A stretch of DNA of 32,000 nucleotides, taken from positions 1,410,001-1,442,000 of the forward strand of contig NC_020304.1 of the NCBI RefSeq assembly GCF_000341395.1, written 5' to 3'. The stretch comes from Desulfocapsa sulfexigens DSM 10523 (lineage in GTDB: Bacteria; Desulfobacterota; Desulfobulbia; Desulfobulbales; Desulfocapsaceae). Under the pieces are notes generated by a model. That model was not told the origin of the DNA, did not search any database, and saw nothing but the letters and a program-made list of their open reading frames with translations. The position numbers and the translations under genes were made by a program. Each line of letters starts with the position of its first letter. Position 1 is the first letter of the stretch. Below, piece after piece: positions 25,410 to 32,000 of the stretch.

Positions 25410-28145
25410 ATGGGAAAAATTCATCCTGTCACACCTTCCACTGAAAATGTAACAATTCAAATTCCTGATTCACCATGGGCAGACTCTTTAGAGGATTCCG
25501 TCAAAAAACTTCAGGTTGAACCTTCACAAGGGCTTAGTACAACAGAGGCCAGCGCACGTCTACAGACCTTTGGTCATAATATGTTGCGGGAAGTTAAGTC
25601 TAAGAGTTCATTGACGATCTTTATTAATCAGTTCAAAAATCTCATTGTCGTGTTCCTTATTGCCGCATCACTCCTCTCTTTTTCTTTTGGCGAATATGTG
25701 GAAGGCCTGGCGATTGGTATTGTTATTGTTATTAACGCTATTATTGGTTTTGTAACAGAATTAAAAGGAGCCCGTTCCATTGAGGCTCTGCGCAAACTCG
25801 GCAGTGTCAGCTCACGTGTGCGAAGAGATGGCAGGATAAGTGAGATTCTCGCCAACGACCTTGTTCCAGGTGACATTATTATACTGGAAGGTGGCGATGT
25901 CATCTCCGCTGATCTTCGTATCATTACTGCTTCAAGACTTCAATCCGACGAATCTGTTCTCACCGGTGAATCCCTCCCTGTCGGCAAATCAGTGGAAGTG
26001 CTTGGAGAAGGAACATCCCTTGCCGACAGAGATAATATGCTTTTCAAAGGTACGGCCCTTACTCGAGGTTCGGGAGAGGCGGTGGTCATTGCTACGGGAA
26101 TGGAGACTGAGCTTGGGAAAATTTCCTCTCTGGTTGCAGGAACCAAAGAAGATGCGACCCCCCTTGAGAAAAGGCTCAATCAGCTCGGAAACTGGCTTAT
26201 CTGGGTATGTCTCATTATTGCAGTATTTGTCGTTGTAACAGGGTTAATGGCAGGACAAGAGTTGTACCTGATGATTGAAACAGGCATTGCCCTTGCTGTA
26301 GCCTCAATCCCCGAAGGCTTGCCAATTGTTGCAACAATTGCCCTGGCAAGGGGCGTATGGCGTATGGCCAAACGTAATGCACTAATAAAGGAGCTATCAG
26401 CAGTCGAAACACTCGGAGCAACAAGCATTATCTGCACCGATAAGACAGGAACACTTACCGAAAATCGTCTCACCGCGGTGAAGTTTGCCATTGCAACCGG
26501 TTCGATTGATATACATATAAATTCCCCGGAAAAAGAAAAAACCTTTGTTGGTGATGCAGGAGAAATTTCTCTCCCTGAAACCAATAGAGCACTGCAACAT
26601 GTTCTTGAAGTTGGTGTCCTCTGCAACAATGCTGAGATTACCCTCTCTCCTGAAGGAGTTATAGTAAAATCCGTAGGGGATCCGCTGGAGGTTGCCCTTC
26701 TTGCGATTGCCGTAAAAGCTGGTATGACCAGAGAAGACCTCGCTGTTCAATTCCCTGAAGACAAAGAAACATCCTTTGATTCGGATATCAAAATGATGGC
26801 AACTTATCATCGTGTTGACGAAGGGTACCGAATAGCTGTAAAAGGTGCTCCGGAAAGCGTTATTGAAGCATGTGACACACTCTTCACGGGGGATGGTGGA
26901 ACTGCACTGACCGCTGAAGACAGGAAGCAGTGGAGTCAGTTAAATGAAGAAATGGCGGCTAAGGGGCTTCGTGTTCTGGCTTTGGCTGAAAAGCAGTCAA
27001 ATAATCTGGAGGAGGAACCTTACGCCAAACTTCAGCTTGTCGGTCTGGTCGGGTTGATGGATCCACCCCGTGAAGATGTAAAAGAGGCATTGGCACAGTG
27101 TCGCGAAGCCGGGATTCGCGTTATCATGGCTACAGGAGACCAGGCGGTGACAGCCCAGGCGATAGGGAGAGCCGTTGGCCTTGTAGCTGAGGATAATGCC
27201 CAGGTTATTCATGGACTTGATTTGGGCAGGCTTGTAGACCTTTCTGAAGCCGAGAAAGATAGAATTGCTTCAGCACAGCTTTTTGCAAGGGTCAGCCCAA
27301 GCCAGAAGCTTGACCTGATAGCCTTTCACCAGGAAAGACATGCAATTGTTGCGATGACCGGAGACGGAGTGAATGATGCTCCTGCTTTGAAAAAGGCTGA
27401 CATTGGTATCGCCATGGGACTTCGTGGCACACAGGTTGCCAGGGAAGCATCCGACATGATTCTTAAGGACGATTCCTTTGCTTCAATTGTTCATGCTGTT
27501 AAACAGGGCAGGATTATTTTCAAAAACATTCGGGCGTTTGTCATTTATCTCCTGTCCTGTAATCTCAGTGAAGTGATGACAGTCACCTGTGCGATGTTAC
27601 TCGGCATGCCTCTGCCACTTCTCCCCCTACAGATTCTTTTTCTCAATATCGTCACCGATGTTTTCCCTGCCCTTGCCCTTGCAGCTGGAGAAGAGAACGA
27701 CAATATTATGAAAAACAAACCGCGGGACAAGCGTGAACCCATCATGTCTAAAATACACTGGTTCGCTGTTTCAGGCTATGGAGCAATCATGACTTGTGCC
27801 GTTCTTGGTGCTTTTTACATTTCACTCAACACTTTGAATTTACCAGAAAAAGAGTCTGTCACCATATCTTTTCTGACCCTGGCTTTTGCTCAACTCTGGC
27901 ATGTATTTAACATGCGGGAACGCAACTCAGGGGTTCTAAACAATGGTATTATTAAAAACCCTTTTATCTGGGGAGCACTTGCTCTTTGTACAGTGCTTCT
28001 TATGTTGGCCCTGTATGTTCCATTTATGGCAAATATTCTCAGGCTTGCAAACCCTGGATTTATTGGCCTGGCCCTAGTCTTGGCAATGAGCCTTCTGCCA
28101 CTTCTGGGTGGACAGTTGTTTCACTTAATTCTTGGTCGAAAATAG
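25410..28145 (+). CDS. P-type cation-transporting ATPase, P2 (Ca2+/Mg2+-type) family
   Basis: 911 aa with an N-terminal cation-ATPase domain (LSTTEASARLQTFGHNML), TGES, IPEGLP in TM4, the phosphorylation site CTDKTGTLTEN, MATGDQ and the hinge MTGDGVNDAPALKKADIGIAMG. GAGGGA lies 7 nt upstream. Confidence 0.9.
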   Translation: MGKIHPVTPSTENVTIQIPDSPWADSLEDSVKKLQVEPSQGLSTTEASARLQTFGHNMLREVKSKSSLTIFINQFKNLIVVFLIAASLLSFSFGEYVEGLAIGIVIVINAIIGFVTELKGARSIEALRKLGSVSSRVRRDGRISEILANDLVPGDIIILEGGDVISADLRIITASRLQSDESVLTGESLPVGKSVEVLGEGTSLADRDNMLFKGTALTRGSGEAVVIATGMETELGKISSLVAGTKEDATPLEKRLNQLGNWLIWVCLIIAVFVVVTGLMAGQELYLMIETGIALAVASIPEGLPIVATIALARGVWRMAKRNALIKELSAVETLGATSIICTDKTGTLTENRLTAVKFAIATGSIDIHINSPEKEKTFVGDAGEISLPETNRALQHVLEVGVLCNNAEITLSPEGVIVKSVGDPLEVALLAIAVKAGMTREDLAVQFPEDKETSFDSDIKMMATYHRVDEGYRIAVKGAPESVIEACDTLFTGDGGTALTAEDRKQWSQLNEEMAAKGLRVLALAEKQSNNLEEEPYAKLQLVGLVGLMDPPREDVKEALAQCREAGIRVIMATGDQAVTAQAIGRAVGLVAEDNAQVIHGLDLGRLVDLSEAEKDRIASAQLFARVSPSQKLDLIAFHQERHAIVAMTGDGVNDAPALKKADIGIAMGLRGTQVAREASDMILKDDSFASIVHAVKQGRIIFKNIRAFVIYLLSCNLSEVMTVTCAMLLGMPLPLLPLQILFLNIVTDVFPALALAAGEENDNIMKNKPRDKREPIMSKIHWFAVSGYGAIMTCAVLGAFYISLNTLNLPEKESVTISFLTLAFAQLWHVFNMRERNSGVLNNGIIKNPFIWGALALCTVLLMLALYVPFMANILRLANPGFIGLALVLAMSLLPLLGGQLFHLILGRK

Positions 28146-28238
28146 ACCTGATGAAGATTGATGTTCAGATAGGACTTATCTGAGCATCAATCAGCCTAAA
28201 CTGATTGTGCTTCAAAAGCAGGCAAAAAACAACGTGCA

Positions 28239-28267
28239 AAAGGGGACAATCAGAAGTGGTCCCCTTT
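28239..28267. terminator. Hairpin with T-rich flanks on both strands (possible bidirectional terminator)
   Basis: A 9-bp stem (aaaggggac / gtccccttt) with an 11-nt loop. On the plus strand it is followed by gtttgaac...tttttttt. On the minus strand it is followed by ttttgcacgttgttttttgcc. Confidence 0.5.
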
Positions 28268-28363
28268 GTTTGAACAAGTATCTTTTTTTTGAGATTTTCT
28301 ATAGTTCTCTTCAATTGAGTAGATCACTTCTCGCATTTTTCACGCAAGAAAATCTCCCAAAAG

Positions 28364-28471
28364 CTAAGACTTTTTCTGAAAAACTTCCCCGGAGAGGCTC
28401 TCTTTTAGCATGGTTTGATGGGCAGTATCATTATCCACCAGTAGAATTCGCTTTTTATTCGCTTTACTCAC
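28364..28471 (-). pseudogene. 5'-terminal remnant of a response regulator gene (35 codons)
   Basis: A GTG start overlaps the kinase stop (GTGTGA). The translation is MSKANKKRILLVDNDTAHQTMLKESLSGEVFQKKS*, compared with MSKTNKKRILLVDDDTAHRTMLKVNLSGEDFHIM... in the intact regulator at 18462-19835. It ends before the phospho-acceptor Asp. Confidence 0.8.
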
Positions 28472-28529
28472 ACCTGTTCTCCGGGAAGGATTATCTTCAT
28501 GGTGGTGCCTTTTCCAAGTGTACTTTCCA
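28378..28529. repeat. Direct repeat copy B (kinase 3' end plus regulator 5' end junction)
   Basis: Partner of 19742-19893, in the same orientation, with about 88 percent identity by hand alignment. Confidence 0.85.
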
Positions 28530-30213
28530 CTTCAATACGTCCGTGATGCTGTTCTATGATCTGATGACTCACGGCAAGACCGAGCCCTGTTCCATCTTTG
28601 CGGGTTGAAAAAAATGGATCAAAAAGTTTTTCCTGCTCCTCATCTGTCATACCATGCCCCGTATCGCTCACCTCGATGCAGATGTCGTCGTTTTTTTTGT
28701 GTGCAGCCAGAAGTATTGTGCCACCATTCTCTGTTACGCTGATACTGTTTTTGAGCAAGTTCAAAAGTACCTGAAGGAGGAGGTCCGGATCTGCATTGAA
28801 TACTAGTTCTGAGTCATAGTCCTTCTGGAAATCGATCTGATGTGCCGCAAAATCCACTTCCATCAGACTGGAAAGCTTTCCAAACAGTTCCTCTGCTTTC
28901 ACTTGTATACGCTGAGGTTCACGTGCTCTTGCAAACTGGAGAAGGCTGGAAATTGTCTGATTGAGACGATCCACTTCGGAGACCATGAGGTCAGCATATT
29001 TTTTTCCATCACTGCCAGGTTCCGACCTGGTGCCAAAGTATTGCGCAAAACCGCGCAGTGTTCCTAAGGGGTTTCGTATTTCATGAGCGACTCCGGCCGC
29101 CATTTTTCCCAATGAGGCAAGTCGCCTGGAAAGTTCGAGTTGCTGTTCAACTTTTCTGATATCCCGCATGTCTCTTAGGATAATCACCAGTCCTGTCTTT
29201 TTTCCATTATGGTCTAAAAGAGGTGAGGTTGAGAGTTTAACCGGGATATCTTCCCCCAGTGGGTTGTGACAAAGGACATCACTCTCGATGAGCAGTTGAT
29301 CCTGCTGCTGATCATCCGTAAAGGAAGAGAAAAGTTCCTGAGGTTGCAAGTTATTCATCTCTGAAAAACGACGGGAAAGCAACTGTTCTGCCTTTTTATT
29401 ACAGGAAACGATGGCATTGCTGCTGTTCAGGGTAATAAGTCCGGCCGGCATGCTTTCGATAACATTGTCAGTATAGAGCTGCATATTGACCAGGGTAGAT
29501 TTACCAACTCGAATGCTCTGATAGAGAAAAAGAAAATACAGTCCAGCACTCCCGAGTAAAAAGAGGAGGGCTCCCATAAGGAGCGCCCGGGTTTTGTCTT
29601 CCTGCCGCGCAGTGTCGAAGGCGCTGGTTCCCAGACCAACCACGATTAATTGACGGCCTTTGTTCTGCATTTCCTCCTGCATCATCTGCATATGTTGATA
29701 CATTTTGCCACGCATGGAATTGGATGGTGACGATGGCGTAGGTTTCCTGCCGCGTCTTGGCATAAGTGGTGGAAGTGGCTCAAAAATTCTTGCCAGTTCA
29801 AATACACTTTTTTCCGGTATTGTCCGGGTGACTGGTGATTCTGCGTCAAGTATTCGTTGAACCTCCTCTTTGTCTATTGGTGGGGGAAGGTCGCCTGCTT
29901 CGGCAACGCTTTCACCATTCTCGTGAAGAATGCGAATGTAAACGACGCTCTCTTCTTTGGTTGTCTCTTCAACCAGAGTTTCGAGGGGGTTACTTCCGCT
30001 CATGTAGTGCATCATTGATGTTCTTGCTCCCGCTTCAAAAGAACGTATCAGGGTCAGGCCCTGCTGGAGGAGGGAATTCTCAAGGAGGCGCTGTTCACGG
30101 TTGAGGTTGCGAACGGTTGTAAATGCAAGGATAACAGCCAGGAGGCAACTTGCAAGGATGAGTACAAGAGCGGGTTTTGAGAATTTAAATGGCTGGTGAG
30201 TGGAAGGCATCAT
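28468..30213 (-). CDS. Sensor histidine kinase (ZraS/AtoS-like: TM, periplasmic domain, TM, PAS, HisKA, HATPase)
   Basis: 581 aa with an H-box AAGVAHEIRNPL, an N-box LLNLLKNSISV and G-boxes DTGHGM / GTGLGLAV. A PAS-like segment (ESMPAGLITLNSSNAIVSCNKKAEQLL) is also present. Confidence 0.9.
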   Translation of the reverse strand: MMPSTHQPFKFSKPALVLILASCLLAVILAFTTVRNLNREQRLLENSLLQQGLTLIRSFEAGARTSMMHYMSGSNPLETLVEETTKEESVVYIRILHENGESVAEAGDLPPPIDKEEVQRILDAESPVTRTIPEKSVFELARIFEPLPPLMPRRGRKPTPSSPSNSMRGKMYQHMQMMQEEMQNKGRQLIVVGLGTSAFDTARQEDKTRALLMGALLFLLGSAGLYFLFLYQSIRVGKSTLVNMQLYTDNVIESMPAGLITLNSSNAIVSCNKKAEQLLSRRFSEMNNLQPQELFSSFTDDQQQDQLLIESDVLCHNPLGEDIPVKLSTSPLLDHNGKKTGLVIILRDMRDIRKVEQQLELSRRLASLGKMAAGVAHEIRNPLGTLRGFAQYFGTRSEPGSDGKKYADLMVSEVDRLNQTISSLLQFARAREPQRIQVKAEELFGKLSSLMEVDFAAHQIDFQKDYDSELVFNADPDLLLQVLLNLLKNSISVTENGGTILLAAHKKNDDICIEVSDTGHGMTDEEQEKLFDPFFSTRKDGTGLGLAVSHQIIEQHHGRIEVESTLGKGTTMKIILPGEQV

Positions 30214-30287
30214 AGGATACTGTCTTACTGAGGATATGTACTTTGAGATGGTTGGCTATTTGTTTCATTAAAAACACAGTATAACAT

Positions 30288-30333
30288 AAAAAAAGGCGAA
30301 AAGTCGTGTGTGATATCAGAACCACGACCTTTC
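30288..30333 (-). terminator. Rho-independent terminator of the zraP-like gene
   Basis: Minus strand GAAAGGUCGUG, a 14-nt loop, then CACGACUUUUC (one mismatch), followed by GCC and U7. Confidence 0.7.
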
Positions 30334-30415
30334 ACCTCTTAAGAGATACTGAACTGGGTACCGGCGTGCTTATCGTTCAACACCGGTATTTGTGTCCTTG
30401 CCGTACTCTGTAAAA

Positions 30416-30922
30416 TTATTCTGCAGCAAAAGCTGCCTGGCGCTTGGCTTGCAGTTCCTGTCGCATGGTGAAGATTTCTTTTTCCTGTGCCTGCAGTTCA
30501 CCTTGGGTCATTGCGGGGTTACGGGTTGCTTCTCTATAGGCGAACTGTTTGTCATGGATCTGTTTGCGGAGCTCTACGGTTGCATCGAGAAACGCATTCC
30601 TTTTTTCAACCATTTCTGGGTTCATCATCGCGCCGCCGCGATTTTTGTAACATCTGCCCTGCTTCATTCCCTTGTGTCCCATTCCCATACAGGGACCAGC
30701 GTTATCACGAAAACAATCCTGACCATTGTTGCCCATCATTCCCTGTCCCCGCATACTGCCTGGACCCTGTCCGTTCATCATTCCCTGACCATTCATTCTT
30801 CCGTAGCCAGGACCAGCAGCAGGGATCTGAGGGTCTGGAGTAGCTGTGGTTGTCGCCAGAGCAACGCCTGCTACAAGTGAAAGGGCCATAGCTGCTGCTA
30901 CAATATTTCTTTTCATTTTCAT
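30416..30922 (-). CDS. ZraP/Spy/CpxP-like periplasmic stress protein with a Gly/Met-rich N-terminal region
   Basis: 168 aa with a signal peptide (AAAMALSLVAGVALA) and repeated GQGMM units (GRMNGQGMMNGQGPGSMRGQGMMGNNGQ). There are three Cys and a helical C-terminal half with an LTPEQ-like region (MTQGELQAQEKEIFTMRQELQAKR). AAGGAG Shine-Dalgarno. It sits next to the ZraS-like kinase and downstream of a sigma-54 promoter. Confidence 0.7.
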   Translation of the reverse strand: MKMKRNIVAAAMALSLVAGVALATTTATPDPQIPAAGPGYGRMNGQGMMNGQGPGSMRGQGMMGNNGQDCFRDNAGPCMGMGHKGMKQGRCYKNRGGAMMNPEMVEKRNAFLDATVELRKQIHDKQFAYREATRNPAMTQGELQAQEKEIFTMRQELQAKRQAAFAAE

Positions 30923-31002
30923 GGTGGTTCTCCTTAGTAGGTTGATGTTTGTTTTGAAATACTCAAAACGGGCTTTGTCAATATCGACTCTGCCTTTTAC
31001 TT

Positions 31003-31018
31003 AGCATGTAGCGTGCCA
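31003..31018 (-). promoter_or_regulatory. Sigma-54 (-24/-12) promoter of the zraP-like gene
   Basis: Minus strand TGGCACG-CTAC-ATGCT versus consensus TGGCACG-N4-TTGCW, with correct GG/GC spacing. It lies about 80 nt upstream of ATG 30922. Confidence 0.75.
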
Positions 31019-31255
31019 TGCCGGGATTTTAGTTTCATTGTCTTGTCTAACCATATAAATTTATGTAATAAAAAAAGTATGGTGTCTGATGTTTCAAGAT
31101 GTGCGAAAAGAGAGGTGTCTAATTTATGTGCACTTCTGAAACGGAGAGACAGGAGGGAGTGTAAAAAAAATGGACAAGGTGTTCTGTTGACGGGGGAGAT
31201 CCCCATCCGCCTCTTAAGTGACACAAAAAAGGCAGATGGAGAAAAAGGGAGGATT

Positions 31256-32000
31256 TTAATACTTGAATTTCGAGTGGAGTATTTTTAACTCGGCCTCAGC
31301 TTTATAACCGCTGATCATGCTTCCTAAAGCACCTTTGATTGCAGCCATGGACATGTATACGTGGATAATAAACATGGCTATCATGGCAGCGCCAAGGAAG
31401 TTGTGAATAACCGCTGAAAGGCGGAGAGTGTCAATGTTTGCAGGAAAAGAATAGAGAAAATACCCTGTGACGGCCATGACAGCCCCACCAAGAGTTGCCA
31501 GCCAGAACCACATTTTTTGCCCCGCATTGAATTTCCCTGCAGGAACCGGTTTCTTCTCCTTACTCAGATAACCGCCCATAATTATCATCCACTTCAGATC
31601 ATAAAGAGCGGGGAGCATATCTTTAATCCAGACCAGAAACATAAAAACTGCAAATCCTGCAAATACCACTGCAGAGAGCAGATGGATGGTGCGGGCCATT
31701 ATACCGATTGCCCCTCCGCCAAGGAGTGAGGCATAGATGATCATAAGTCCGGTGATCACCAGCAGGCTGAATGAGAGAGCAGCGCACCAGTGAACAATAC
31801 GGACAAAGAGGTTGTAGCAGTAGACCTGCTTGCCACTATGGTCAAAGACCATGGGGCCGATTGCAATGTAGTGGAAAAAAAATATAACAGGAACAATGGT
31901 GATCACCAGAAGAAACAGTCTCGGAAATAGAAACTGCTGCAGATTGGTGAAAAGTTGGCCATACTGCTGCCACTCTCCCGTGAAATTCGCATTAATCTGC
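31256..32000 (-). CDS. Formate dehydrogenase gamma subunit-type cytochrome b (partial; ORF open to the window edge)
   Basis: RIVHWCAALSFSLLVITGL, KFNAGQKMWFW and HNFLGAAMIAMFIIHVY match the FdnI/HybB-type di-haem cytochrome b pattern. The ORF-track GTG at 31906 falls inside a TM helix. The frame stays open to 32000 (QINANFTGEWQQYGQLFTNLQQFLFPRLFLL...), so the true start is probably outside the window. Confidence 0.7.
   Translation of the reverse strand, partial: QINANFTGEWQQYGQLFTNLQQFLFPRLFLLVITIVPVIFFFHYIAIGPMVFDHSGKQVYCYNLFVRIVHWCAALSFSLLVITGLMIIYASLLGGGAIGIMARTIHLLSAVVFAGFAVFMFLVWIKDMLPALYDLKWMIIMGGYLSKEKKPVPAGKFNAGQKMWFWLATLGGAVMAVTGYFLYSFPANIDTLRLSAVIHNFLGAAMIAMFIIHVYMSMAAIKGALGSMISGYKAEAELKILHSKFKY

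Larger units (their letters stand above)
19894..28377. other. Inserted segment (islet) between the two junction repeats
   Basis: It is bounded by the 152-nt direct repeats. All its genes are on the strand opposite to the interrupted operon. Spot counts of 60-nt lines gave about 37-47 percent G+C inside versus about 48-60 percent in the flanks, but this was not measured systematically. No integrase or transposase is present. Confidence 0.55.

Noticed and set aside
28207-28608. A 133-aa plus-strand ORF
   Set aside because: It runs antisense across the regulator stub and the kinase 3' end, so it is a shadow ORF of the real minus-strand genes.
1-32000. tRNA, rRNA, a CRISPR array, IS elements, integrase/recombinase genes or toxin-antitoxin pairs
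   Set aside because: I looked for T-loop-like GGTTCGAATCC motifs, regularly spaced short repeats, terminal inverted repeats at the insert borders and transposase- or integrase-like translations. I saw none.

Overview
This 32-kb chromosomal window looks like a Desulfobacterota (delta-proteobacterial) genome; that assignment is inferred from gene content only. From left to right it holds:
- an RND efflux operon (adaptor, AcrB-like pump, TolC-like channel) and a DUF1499 protein;
- a selenocysteine-containing selD, whose in-frame TGA splits it in the ORF track;
- purF plus a small ferredoxin, and an HD-domain hydrolase;
- a three-gene pepF operon, and a tupA-like binding protein with mobB;
- a GDPD-like protein, a phosphoethanolamine transferase and a polytopic membrane protein;
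- a ZraP/ZraS/ZraR-like sigma-54 envelope-stress module, and the start of a formate-dehydrogenase cytochrome b gene.

The most unusual structure is that the kinase and regulator genes of the sigma-54 module are separated by about 8.5 kb of opposite-strand DNA that looks more A+T-rich. This insert is bounded by 152-nt direct repeats (about 88 percent identical) of the operon's own kinase-stop/regulator-start junction, and each repeat leaves a truncated gene fragment.

The insert carries a PstS-like binding protein and a Cache-HAMP histidine kinase with a 9-Cys 'two-CW'-like module but no cognate regulator. It also carries a probably leaderless marR with two related perfect palindromes, an AhpD-like gene and a P2-type cation ATPase.

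I found no rRNA, tRNA, CRISPR array, transposase or integrase. All calls rest on reading the translations and the DNA by eye; no database search was run.
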